This document shows, piece by piece, positions 1 through 12,289 of a stretch of DNA of 64,000 nucleotides (position 1 is the first letter of the stretch; the number at the start of each line of letters is the position of its first letter). The stretch is from Octopus vulgaris (Eukaryota): the NCBI GenBank assembly GCA_951406725.2, contig OX597825.1, positions 58,404,001 through 58,468,000 of the forward strand, written 5' to 3'. A program made the position numbers and the translations under genes. The notes below the pieces were generated by a model that had not been told where the DNA came from, did no database searches, and saw only the letters and a list, made by a program, of their open reading frames with translations.

Positions 1-346
1 CTGTATCATGCGCGGGGACATAGAAATAATCGGATTGAATACCCGATTGCGCAGTTAAACCTTTGGGAGTGAAGGACTCCTAGCCTTTGTCAGGGCATCC
101 TTCTAGAAGAAGGTAACTCAGGTAACTGGGATAACTCCGACATAAAACCTGCGGCTCAGTGGTTACCGATGATGTTGACTTGTTCTTCTGTTCGGATTAT
201 GGCTGCTGTTGCTTAGTGAGTGGGATTGACTCAGTGCACAGCCTTTCCTCACTTAAAAAAATATCTTCATGCACAGGCATTGCAAGATAACAACATTGAT
301 TAAGCTTCGTGCAATGGCCATACTCGATAACGAGGGGGCAGCCACC

Positions 347-547
347 ATGTAGGTATGTATGTATGTATGTATGTATGTATGTATGTATGTATGTATGTAT
401 GTATGTATGTATGTATGTATGTATGTATGTATGTATGTATGTATGTGTGTGTGTGTATGTATGTATGTATGTATGTATGTATGTATGTATGTATGCATGG
501 ATAGAAGATTGATACATACATAAATAGGTGGATAGATAGATAGATAA

Positions 548-612
<65 letters not shown>

Positions 613-621
613 ATCTATCTA

Positions 622-660
<39 letters not shown>

Positions 661-739
661 GCCTGTCTGTCTATCTGCCTGTTTGTCTTTCTATCTATCT
701 GCTTGTGTATCTGCCTGTCTGTCAGTATATTTATCTCTC

Positions 740-794
<55 letters not shown>

Positions 795-840
795 ATGTGT
801 GTGTGCTTGTGTGTGCTTGTGTGTGTGTGTGTGTGTGTGC
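347..840. repeat. Compound microsatellite block (TATG)n/(TATC)n/(TCTG)n/(TG)n
   Basis: Directly visible tandem tetra- and dinucleotide repeats; these generate the YIHT/YVCM/VCVC ORFs in the track. Confidence 0.95.
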
Positions 841-845
841 ATATA

Positions 846-1105
846 TGGGTACAGGCCGTCACAAAACGTAAACAACAGGAAATACGAAGACAAACTTTTT
901 TTGCGAACAAGACAAGTAACATACAGAACGAGCCTTCATCAGTTGTCAGCTGATTATCTACTCCACGTTTCGAGCAATTCACGACATTATGTGCCTTCGA
1001 GAAAACAGTTGCTCCCGCAAACCAAAATAAAATTTGGGATTTTGCGGAGGGTCAAAGTTGGTAACAAAAACAGGACAGTGAAACAAATACTGAGGGCTAC
1101 TAAGC
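846..1105. repeat. Dispersed non-coding repeat (second copy at ~46178-46475)
   Basis: GGGTACAGG.CGTCAC...CTTCATCA.TTG...AAAACAGTTGCTC...GGGATTTTG.GGAGG.TCAAA.TTGGTAAC...CAGGACAGTGAAA is shared with 46178-46475. Confidence 0.7.
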
Positions 1106-1919
1106 CAGGCGGGGTAAGAAAGCGAAAGCTGAAGAATATTCTTTGACAGGAGAAAAGTAAGATGGTATCGTATTTGTGTGTCTGATCTTACAGTCTGAGT
1201 CATGAAGTTTGCAATTTTCATGTTTACATTGAAATTTGTGATTTAAATTGGTTGTTTGAAGTATACTGTAGTTTGAACTTATGGTTTCGTGTAGGTGAAG
1301 GGAGTTTTTCTTTCTTTCTGGTGTTGTAATATTTTCTGAGAATTTGTGGTTAGTTGTAAATAGATGCTGGGTTCTGGTTTTTAGAGTCTTTTTATAACTT
1401 ACACATTCAGTATTCAAATTCTATAGCTGAGAGATGTGTAGTGTAAGAGATAGGGAGATTGAGTGGAAAATGTAAAAGAAAAGAGAGAGAGTTGGGGGGA
1501 GTCGTATTAAAACAGTCAGAAACAAGTGTCGTACGACACGAAAGTTGTATGGCACACAAGCATGACTCTTTCTTATCGGTTGACTTTCGATGTACAGCAA
1601 GGAACCACCGCAACATTATAATACTGTACACAAAATAAAATTAGATAGGAGACAACCGTTAGTTGACAGTTTTATATAGAATTGCTTCCCAAAATAAGAA
1701 GAATAATTACAGAAGCCTTACAAAGAGTAAAATACAAACGAAAAATTAACACACAGCTACATCATTCGTAAAATTGATAATGATATCAATCAAGACTTAA
1801 TCGTTGTACAATTTTAAAACCGAGTGTAGACAATTTATAACATCGCCCCATGATTTTTTGTGTGAGATACTGCTAAGCATGCGAACAACATGATATTGTT
1901 ACTATCACTCCATTTCGAT

Positions 1920-2560
1920 TATGGTTTAAGGAAAGTCTTCGGCAAGACTTCCGGCCGTCACACCCCACCACCAAAAAAAAACCACCCTTAAAAAAAATTT
2001 TTTTCGACACAAACCCCACTCTTCGGCTACGGGGAATACGAATCTGCCAAAAAATTGGCAAAAATTGACATTTTAAAATTACCATCCACCCCACCCCCAT
2101 TTCCTTCATTTCTTACTTTTTTTAGAAATTTGTCTTTTTTTTCAAAATATGCGGAAAAATACGGAGATTATGATTCTGAAAAAAAATTTCCAAAAATTTT
2201 TGTAAAATCTTTTTTTTAAGAATATTTTTTTTTCTAAATATGCGGAAAAATACGGACATTATGGATTCGGACAAAATTTCAAAACATTTCTGTGGTTACG
2301 GGTAAGATTGGGGATTTAGGGTTAGGGTTAGGGGGTTAGGGTTAGTGTTGAGGAAAAAATCCAAAATTGAAGAATTTGGGGGAAGGGGGGGGGGGAAATT
2401 TATCAATGCCGATTTTTGGCAGTTTTCCGGAACCCCCGTATCCGAAAACGGAGATTTTTGGCAAAGAAAGAAAAAATTTTAAAAATTATAACAAATTTGG
2501 AAATAAGTGTGTGTGTGGGGGGGGGGGGGGCGGAGAAGTCTTTCCAAGTCTTCAATTACT
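1920..2560. mobile_element. Probable non-autonomous DNA element with terminal hairpin and internal TTAGGG-like repeats
   Basis: Hairpin GGAAAGTCTT-CGGC-AAGACTTCC near 1930, similar GAAGTCTTTCCAAGTCTTC near 2535, an internal ~90-bp duplication (2145/2235) and GGTTAG repeats at 2318-2345. Confidence 0.4.
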
Positions 2561-3034
2561 AATAAAATATTGGAAGTAAGAACAAGAATTAAGATAAAAG
2601 CTAATAAGGAAAAAAGTATCGAGCATAGCTGTGTTTTTAAAGCAACACATACGAAAGAAAATCTATTCCTATTCATACACGCCCACGCACCTCCATATAT
2701 GGTTACATTCTTATAGCTACAAGAAAATAATTCACTTTACATATACCAATATACTCTATGGTTTGTATCGAGTGCCGTCGTCTTCATTCGGGTCAACGCA
2801 GTGTAGTTTCTATACAAGCATGCGCGCGCGCGCACGCACACACACACGTATGTATTTATGTACGTATATATGTATGTGTTACATTTATAATAAAAGAATT
2901 AAATATCTACAGTGACATGGTTCCGGGTTCAGTCCCACTGCATTCCACCTTGGGCAAGTGTCTTCTGCTATACCCTCAGGCCGACCAGAGCCTTGTGAGT
3001 AGATTTGGTATATAGAAACTGAAAGAAGCCCATC

Positions 3035-3073
<39 letters not shown>

Positions 3074-3639
3074 AAAAATAAAAGATGTATAAGAAAAACC
3101 GCATTATTTATGGGATGACCCAACACACTCACGCACACACACACACACATATAAAGAGAGAGAGAGAGAGAGAGAGAAGAAAGATAGATAGACAGAGGCG
3201 GAAAGAGAGAAAAGAAAGAGGAAGACAAGAAAGATTTAAAATAACACGCAATTTTCAGTCAGTGCCCTTTTCACATGTTTATATGTAAACAACACGCGCG
3301 CGCGCATATAATACTGTGTCTTAAAAATTGCATTGATTGAGATCTCTGTTTACGAATCACTATTTTTGTCATTATAACTATTTAATTTAAGCCTCATAAT
3401 TTGAGGTGGTCATGCGAAGTTATGTTGCTTTGGTGTTGTGGTTAGCACAGTAATGCGTGTTACAGCGTTCAAAACTAGCAGGCAATGGTACAACCTTTCT
3501 TCTTCACGCGCGCGCACACACACACACACATAGACACACAAACACATGTCTCAAATTTATCTGTCAATAAAGCACGAAGTTTTAATGGACAATATCTTCA
3601 CCACCGTCTTCTATCACATCTTGAAAACTTCACAGAAAT

Positions 3640-5150
3640 ACTGGGTTCAAATTTTGGCACAAGGCCAGCAATTTTTAGGCAAGGGATAAGTCGATAGCAT
3701 CGACCCCCGTACTCAACTGGTACTTATTCTATTGACTCCGAAATGATGAACGGCAAAGTCGATCGCGGTGGTATTTGAACTCAGACCGTAAAGTCAGAAG
3801 AAACGTCGCGGAACGTTTTTCCCGGCGCGGTAACGATTCTGTCAGGTCGTTTACGTAAATATTAGTTTCAAATTTTGGCACAAGGCCAGCAATTTCGGAG
3901 GAGTGGGTAAGTCAATTACATCGATTCCAGTATTCAACGGATAATAAGGCGGCGAGCTGGCAGAATCGTTAGCACGCCGTGCGAAATGCGTAGCCGTATT
4001 TCGTCTGCCGTCAGGTTCTGAGTTCATATTCCGCCGAGGTCGACTTTGCCTTTCATCCTTTCAGGGTCGATAAATTAACTACCAGTTACGTACTGAGGTC
4101 GATGTAATCGACTTAATCCGTTTGTCTGTCCTTGTTTGTCCTCTCTGGGTTTAGCCCCTTGTGGGTAGTAAAGAAATTGGTATTTTGTCTGTTTTTATGT
4201 TCGGGGTTCAAACTCTGCCGAGGTCGACTTTGCCTTTCATCTTTTCAGGGTCGATAAATTAAGTACCAGTTACGCACTGGGGTCGATGTAATCGACTTAA
4301 TCCATTTGTCTATCCTTGTTTGTACCCTCTATGTTTAGCCCCTTGTGGGCAATAAAGAAATAAGAAACGTTAGCACGCCGGGCGAAATGCTTAGCGGTAT
4401 TTCGTCTGTCTTTATGTTCTGAATTCAAATTCCGCCGAGCTGGACTTTGCTTTTCATCCTTTCGGAGTCGATAAATTAAGTACCAGTTGAGTGCTGGGGT
4501 CGATCTAATCGACTGGCCCCTTTCCCCCAAAATTTCGGGCCTTGTGTCTAGAATAGAAAAGAGTATTCAACAGATACTTATTTTAACGACCCCCCCCAAA
4601 AGATAAAAGTAAAGTCGACCTCGGCGGAATTTACTTAGTTCAAATTGCGCCGCGGTCACCTTTGTCTCTTATCTTTCCGGGGTCGTTAAAATAAGTACCA
4701 GTTGAGCATTGGGTCGATGTAATCGACTTACCCCTCCTCTGAACGGTTCGTTAAAGACGGACGAAATGCTGCTAAGCATTTTGTCCGGCGTGCTAACAGT
4801 TTTGCCAGTACGTTCACAGAAATATTGATTTCAAAGTTTGACACAAGGCTAGCAAGTTCAGGGGAGGGGTAAGTCGATTACATCGACCCCAGTGCTCAAC
4901 TGGTACTTATTTTAATGACCTCGAGAAGATAAAAGGCAAGGTCAACATCGGCAGAATTTGAACTCGGAACGTAAAGACGGACGAAATGCCGCTAAGCATT
5001 TTGTCCGGCGTGCTAACAGTTTTGCAAGCACGTGGCCCTAGTTCATAGGCATGTTAAAACGACTACAGTTACATATCCGCTACTTTATTTTATCGACCCC
5101 AGAAAGAAGAAAAGTAAAGTTGATTTCGATAGGGTTCGAACTCTGAAAGT
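3640..5150. mobile_element. Cluster of nested tRNA-derived SINEs (family A), both orientations
   Basis: Repeated GGCGAGCTGGCAGAA..GTTAGCACGCC / GAGTTCAAATTCCGCCGAGGTCGACTTTGCCTTTCATCCTTTCGGGGTCGATAAATTAAGTACCAG; A- and B-box-like heads; the central domain resembles the Meta/Sauria-SINE domain. Confidence 0.85.
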
Positions 5151-5187
5151 AAATGTCCTTTATTACATTCATAACGATTCATTAAAT

Positions 5188-5746
5188 CAGTGTTTCTCAA
5201 CTTTTTTTCTTTACCTAGGGACCCCTTAGATTCCTATTTTACTCAAATGAACCTTCTTAGCCACTCGATGTTTAAAAAAATTATATATAATTAAATATTA
5301 TTAGTAACTATCACCGTGATCACTGTGACCGACCAGGCTATCAGATGTTGCTACCCATCGCTGGTCACAATGCGCTTCGCATTGTTTCAGCCTTCAAATG
5401 ATGCCACCCCGCTGGCTAAATGAGCAGGCCAACAGAAGAAAGAGTGAGAGAAAGTTGTGGCGAAAGAGTACAGCAGGGATCGCCACCACCTCCTGCCGGA
5501 GCCTCGTGGAGCTTTAGGTGTTTTCGTTCAATAAACACTCACAACACCCGGTCTGGGAATCGAAGCCGCGATCCTACGACCGCGAATCCGCTGCCCTAAC
5601 CACTGGGCCATTGCGCCTTCACATTAGTAACTATATATATTAAAAAAAAAAAAAATTAAGATAATTTGTGTATTGTACGAATATAAGCAATTTATTGGAG
5701 ATAAATTTTTACAAAATCTTATATGGACCTCGGCTAAGAACCACTG
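5188..5746. mobile_element. hAT (Charlie-like) MITE interrupted by a SINE
   Basis: Ends CAGTGTTTCTCAA...TAAGAACCACTG; degenerate 8-bp flanks CATTAAAT/CTCTAAAT; related to the copies at 14495 and 38004. Confidence 0.65.
5312..5622 (-). mobile_element. tRNA-derived SINE with target-site duplication
   Basis: Reverse strand starts GTGAAGGCGCAATGGCCCAGTGGTTAGGGCAGCGG...TTCGATTCCC (A/B boxes); 12-bp TSD ATTAGTAACTAT at 5300-5311 and 5623-5634. Confidence 0.9.
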
Positions 5747-8394
5747 CTCTAAATGAATATTTTGAATAACGAACGGTTTTCTAAAGAAAATTAAACTCGC
5801 ATAACGAGCTGAAATTTGATCTTCGAACCTAGAGCAGACTTCACACGCGTATTAGTGACAGAGAGCCCATTCGCTTAACGAACTGAAATTTGAATAACAA
5901 AACATAAGTGCAGTACGTATGCGTATGAATGACTGGGAGAGCTTATACAAGCGGTTCGTTAACGTTCATGTACGCGTTTCATGTAGCTTGAAATTTTTCA
6001 TATTCTATGTAGAAAAAATTAATAATTCCCTCATTTTTTAAAAACTAAAAGCATAACCAGGGATCGACAGAAGCAAGGCAAAGGAAATATCGCATGTGCA
6101 CATATACATACATACATACATACATACATACATACATACATACATACATACATTTACATGCACACACATACATGTGTGTGTGTGTGTGTGTGTGTGTATG
6201 CGTTTACTATTGATGGATGAACAAGTAAAACATCCTTTAACGCCTTTACATGAAGTTTTAGCCGAGAACAGATTACTCCTGTATGCATACATACACACAT
6301 ACATACATACATACATACATACATACATACATACATACATACATACATACATACATACATACATACATACATACATACAGAGCTAATCGTAAGTCCGTTA
6401 ATCGTTAATTAACGAAGTTAACATTTTCGTAAACGATTTAGTTTGTAAGTTAACTTTGAAAATCATTATCGGACTAATTAACTTCCGTTAAATTTAGCTT
6501 CCGTTAACTCAAGTCCATAAACCCCAAAATTTCATAAAAACCAGTAAAAGTTTTAAAGTTTCTATTGTTGTCAGATTGTCTTACCATATTTAATATCATA
6601 CGCGTCATTCTTTCAATCCCGATATAGCACAACTTATTATTATAAATAACTTGTAGGACCTCATTTGGCCTTGTCTGGATTTGAAACCAAATCCACCCGC
6701 TTGTTGCTTACAGAGACAGCGGGAAATTTCTTTGTCCTGTCAAGAGGGAACAGTGATTGATGTGTTTCCAGTTGATCCGTGATCTCGCTGAGGTGGATGT
6801 CAACAGTGAAAATATTGACTTCCATAAAGTAGAAAAAATAAATGGAAGGAAAAAATTTGGTAAATATTTCGGTGTGAACGCAAACAGCTGTTACGTGATA
6901 GCAGGACATGCTAGAAATAGCAGCCAAATTTTTCCTTTTCTGGAAAAAGGAGCCACTTACGCGTGATTTCGATGTCACATTCGTTGAAAGCGTGCAAGAT
7001 AACCAGAAAACGAAAAAAAAAAATCGCGAAACAAAACTCCTTCGGTGGGAAACTTCGAAGTCCCCACCACCACTCCCACCTTTCTTTTCCAGAAAAAGGT
7101 AGCTTGCGGCGGGTTTGGATGTCAGATACTTTGAATGCACCCGAAAAAAAAATTATGGAAAAAATTATTCCACACCGAAATATTTACTGAAAGAAGAAAA
7201 TCTTGTACCGATTATACCTGTATTTTAATTAATTCAAATTAATGTACCTTATCCTGAAAAGCGGCAAAATTTTTGTCGGTTGCTATCTGGGATAATTTTA
7301 GTAACAAATCAAACATAAGATTCATAAGAATTTCAATTTTAGTGTTTATCCATAATGTTATTGCTTTTACCTGCTCATAAAAGCCAAATTTACTCAGCAA
7401 GATCAGCTTAAATTACATAACTATAAACCAGTGGTATATAAAGCACCTTCTGACAAAATTTCTAATCTGTATGTAGAAAATTTACAAAGTTACAACCAAA
7501 TATTGTGGACATCCCTCTTGAACCTGAATAATTCAAAATAACGTGAACAAATAAGCATTACATTTGACAGATTAATCTGAACACTAAAGATGTTTTTAGG
7601 TGGTTTTTTTTTCGTACACATAACACGGCTTCGCTCGACTAGGACTACACGTGTGCTACTTTGACATCATCATTCCATAAAATTTGTTTATGGGGAGAAA
7701 AATATTGAAAATATCAATAGATTGTGTGAGTGAGAAAGAAACGAGGAGGGAGGTTTTGGGATGTGGTTGAAACAATAGCCAGATCTCCCTTAAATCACAC
7801 ATTTTTCCTCTGAAATTATTAACAATTTTTTAAAACCGAAAATGTTTCTCTCATGGGTTTTAAGTGTGTAGTGTGTGTGTGTGTGTGGGGGGGGGGGGAG
7901 AAATTGTCAAAATCGTTTCAGACTGGGGTGGTGAGGAGATGGTGGGAGTGAAAAGAAATTTCAAAACTTTCTGCTTTTTTTCGTGGAAAACGCCTCCCAT
8001 CATTCTGAAGACTTTGGTGAAAAACACTGGAAAAAGTCCCCGTCAAAACGGAGAAATTCCAAATTATGTGGGCCGTCTGATCCGAAACTCCATTTCCAGA
8101 ACTCCACCCCCTCGCCCCCTTCCAACAATTTGGTATACAAATTTCTTTGTAATCGTAATCTACACCGTTTGAAAGAGCGTGATATGAAAGCTGGAGAGAG
8201 AGAGGGAGAGAGGGAGAGAGAGAGAGAGTGAGAGGGGATAAGAAAAAAGAATGAATTTGGCTTAATCACAAATATGGTTGTTATAGGATTAAGTTTCTTC
8301 CATTCATGTGCGTAATGTCATAAGTATATGTGTATACATCTTAAAAGAGTAAACCGTTGATCTAAATCATTCCTTTTTTAAAGGTGATAGCGTG

Positions 8395-8437
<43 letters not shown>

Positions 8438-8674
8438 TACACGAATTGGCTTTGTAAACTGATTGAAAGCGGGCGCATGTGTATCCCTGAATGACAGGTG
8501 TATTAATGTTATCATCCCACTGCCACTCCATATTTGTCGTTTACCCTTCCTGTTTTACCCTTCCCTGATATCAGTCTCTATCTATACCACCTCATTTCCC
8601 TTACACTAACACTCTTGCAGCCTTCTCATTTTATCCCAAAATAGCCTACTACTCAATCACTACAATCTTATAAG

Positions 8675-8712
<38 letters not shown>

Positions 8713-8714
<2 letters not shown>

Positions 8715-9224
8715 GTAAATCCTCGAGTATAATCCGCATTTCCCCCCAAAAATTTAAAGGTCAAAATCTCTAGTGCGTACTATATACGAGGTTAAAAATG
8801 AAAAATATTGTCTAAGCAATGTCCGAGTCTCTATTTGCTGTCCGGCAATGTTTATTCAGACGCATTTTGTGATGTCCGGCGTGAAAATACCTTAGCTAAG
8901 CCTGAAAGCAATGAAGTCATAAAAGAATCATCCATAACTTGCAGTAACATTTATTAAAACAAAAGTATTCAGAACACAGAATAACATGTAACAAAAGCAA
9001 TTTGCAAACATATTTACATTCCCATATAGCAGTTAAGAACATCACTATTACTGTATTACGCATGCACGGAAGTGTTTGTTCGACTAGGCGCTGCTGGCTT
9101 AATTACGCATGACTCAAGTTAGAGAAGGGGTGCGTATTATACACAAGGTTTACGTTTTTCAGAGGTACAGCCTCCTAAAAATCCCCTGCGTATTATACTC
9201 AATGGCGGACTCGAAGATTTACGG
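8713..9224. mobile_element. Non-autonomous Tc1/mariner-superfamily (pogo/Tc2-like) element
   Basis: TIRs CCGTAAATCCTCGAG / CTCGAAGATTTACGG (14/15 match) with TA on both sides; internal subterminal GTGCGTA.TATA.ACGAGG repeats. Confidence 0.8.
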
Positions 9225-10064
9225 TAAATGTTTTCGCCAGTGTCTTCAACGTACGCTCGCTATTCCCAGTAGCTTCTCTCTGTTGATGCCACCAAAAATG
9301 AACAACATTATTGTTAAAGGCGTGAAGTTGTAAGGATTTTTTTGGGACTGTAATTGATGAGGAAGGAATGAGCAACGTCCGTGTCTCGTGTGTGAATTTT
9401 CCGTTTGTTCCTTTGTTGTGCTTCTGTTTGATTTTTGGAACACACACACACACACACAATGTACATACATACGTACTCTTCAAGCAATATTTTGTCCGAC
9501 GCACTAATGAATCTGCCAACCCACCGCTGTGCTAATGTTAGAAATCCTTCTAAATAGTTGCCATTGCCGAGACGTTGGTGCGGCAGAATCGATAGCGTTG
9601 TTGACAAAATATACTTCGAGGTGTGTAGTTACTTGACTTCTACGACCCCAGTTCAAATCCAGTTATATTTCAGTAAAAAGTAAAATCGATAAAACAAGTG
9701 CATACTGGTGCTACTATAGTCCTGAGCTAGTCAAATCAGCTGTACTTCATACTGTTCCTCGAAATAAATTTGGTTTCTTGGTGATGTTCAACATAAACTT
9801 TTGCTGTTTTATCTTTTTATGGCTTAAAACTAGAGAGAGGGGGAAGGAGAGAGAGAGAGAGAGAAAGAGAGGCAATTCCTTTGAACCGCGTTAGGGCCTC
9901 CGATACTATTAGAAGGAAATGGTGAGGAAGTAACCTCAGACAGGAAATCTAGCAGAGTGCTTGCAACATTTAGGATCATGGTGTTAAATCATTTGGAAAT
10001 GGATTAAATCATCCACTCAGTCATTGTATCAGTCAATCAATTAATCTATCTATCTATCTATCTA

Positions 10065-10281
10065 CGAGGAATTACTGAAAAATTTCTGGCTTTAAGGGTA
10101 TCGCAAAAGACCTAGGAGGAGACCCAACATTCCGAGTTCTTTAAACGGGGCTTAGAAAAACAGAAGGACCGCTGCAATAAGTGTGCGAATCTGAGAGAGG
10201 AATATGTTGAGTAAAATCATAATTAACTGATCTTCCTATATTTTCTTTTACACAAAGCCAGGAACTTTTCAGTGCTGCACG
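10065..10281 (+). mobile_element. Mariner-type MITE (copies at 16924-17120 and 54015-54229)
   Basis: TA-flanked; TIR consensus CGAGGGGGTGCTGAAAAGTTCCTGGCT; internal sequence shared by the three copies. Confidence 0.8.
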
Positions 10282-10387
10282 TACGAGAAGGTACTGCATG
10301 TGTGTGTGTGTGTGTGTGTGCGTGCGTGTGTGTGTGTGTGCGTACATATGTGTACACACATATATACACACATACATGCATCTCTGT

Positions 10388-10434
<47 letters not shown>

Positions 10435-10435
10435 C

Positions 10436-10466
<31 letters not shown>

Positions 10467-10467
10467 C

Positions 10468-10516
<49 letters not shown>

Positions 10517-11752
10517 ATCTATCTATCTATCTATCCGTCTGTCCGTCCGTCTGTCTATGTATGTATGTATGTATGTATGTATGTATGTATGTATGTATGT
10601 ATGTATGTATGTATGTATGTATGTATGTATGTATGTATGTATGTCTATTTGTTGTTTAGCTCCAGGACAGCTGGTGTTACAGACGCTCGAGCGGTTAACA
10701 ATCTCATATTTTATTTCAGGCATAGTGTATCTGGGACTCCATCACTCAATATAGCCTTTTTTCTGTATAAGACGATAGGATGTGATGAATCGACGGCGAT
10801 TTAGCTGTTATTTCTAACAGACCGAGTGATAGTCCAACGCTTCTCTCTCCCTGGCTCGTCATTAATATTGTTGTTGTAGTGATGCTGGTTGCTTTTGTTA
10901 TCTTGTTGCTGTATCTACGTTTTCAGTCACAACCATTTCCTACCACTGCAGTTACTATTATTGTTGCTACTACTGCTGCTGCTGCTTCTACTACTACTAC
11001 TACTACTACTACAACTACTACAACTACTACTACTGCTACTGCTGCTGTTGTTGTTTAGTTCGCAGTTTCTGCAACCACTACAGTTGTTGCATCTATCTGT
11101 TCGTCTCACTGCCACCCACTTGCTCTTTCCTCTCCCACCACACCTCATTCTGCCCCTGCTCTTCTACTCACTCTTATTCCTCCTCCTCCTCATCCTCATT
11201 TTCTTCCCTACCATTTCTGTCATTCCCTTTATTTTCCTCCTCCTCCTCCTTCTCATTTTCTTCCCTACCATTTCTGTCATTCCCTTTATTTTCCTCTTCT
11301 CCTCTGTTATCGTCACTGTACCTTCTACTCATACCACCACCCGCATCATTCTCTCCACCACCGCCACCGCTACTATTCTCTCCTCCCCCCACCTCTACTA
11401 CCACCACTGTTTCAATACCCCCCCCCAACGTCTCCCCCGCCACTACCACCACAGCCATCTGCAATGGAAGCGCTACCACGGTTAAAGCCATAGTCCTTAT
11501 TATTGTTGTTGTTCTCATTGTGGTCATAGTAATTTGTTGTTGTCCATCTTATTATTATTACTGCTGTTATTGTCGTTCGTTCGTTCGTCTTGGTCGTTCC
11601 GTGGTTGCAACAGGATTAAAAAAATATATATGTATAAACACAAACATATATACGTTTAAACGGATATATATAACTACATATACACACCTGTATATATTGC
11701 TGTCCATCCATACACGGAAGTTTACATACACACACAGACGCAAACACATTAT

Positions 11753-11793
<41 letters not shown>

Positions 11794-12131
11794 CACATAC
11801 GGATAGACAGACATTACAAGACGAATACTGAATGAAATAAAGACACAAAATTTTTAAGAAACCCCAGAAAACCTCAGAAAACCAAGACTAACTACAGGTA
11901 GACACAGACAGAAAGACGGGGTCAAACAGACGTATGTGTACACAGATTAAAAAATATATACAGACGAACAGACAGAGGGACAAGCTGAGAGATGTGCAAT
12001 GGAAAAGATAGAGAGATAAAGTGAGAAACGTATCAGTGAGAGAGAGAGAGAAAAAGAGAAAGAGAGAGAGTAGTACTAAAACAGTCAGACTGACTGACAG
12101 ACACACAAAAAGCGTGTGACGGTGAGGACAC

Positions 12132-12249
12132 ATGTCGCTGGAGTTACCAGTGTATGGTTTGATCTGGGGACCGTGGTGTCACACCCTAGCATGGCTGTTA
12201 TGGACTTTACAGTTGATTCTATCCACCAGCTGGGTGTCTGCTGCTTCAG
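12132..12249 (+). CDS. Putative first coding exon of a secreted or cell-surface protein (signal peptide)
   Basis: The ATG is preceded by an in-frame TGA (12123-25). It translates as MSLELPVYGLIWGPWCHTLAWLLWTLQLILSTSWVSAAS, with a hydrophobic core and a small-residue V-S-A/A-A-S end. It stops at a consensus donor CAG|GTAAGT in phase 1 and is complex unique sequence amid repeats. Confidence 0.65.
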
Positions 12250-12289
12250 GTAAGTGGGTGCTTCGTTATTGCTTACAACGGTGTTGATG

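Noticed and set aside
920-985. CTGATGAAG and CTCGAAACGT on the minus strand, suggesting a permuted (type II) hammerhead
   Set aside because: No convincing stem I and no valid NUH triplet in this copy or the 46295-46345 copy.
197-1146. ORFs rich in YIHT/VCMY/VCVC/LSIY repeats, here and throughout the window
   Set aside because: They are translations of stop-free microsatellites, not genes.
2318-2345. TTAGGG repeats as a telomere remnant
   Set aside because: Only about four imperfect units, internal to a probable repeat element.
6661-7140. 159-aa minus-strand ORF
   Set aside because: No recognisable motif and no supporting splice pattern; contains the dispersed GAAATAGCAGCCAAA repeat motif.
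10889-11485. 198-aa poly-Leu hydrophobic ORF
   Set aside because: Built from (CTA/CTG/CTC)n triplets and a 57-bp tandem duplication; it has no ATG start.
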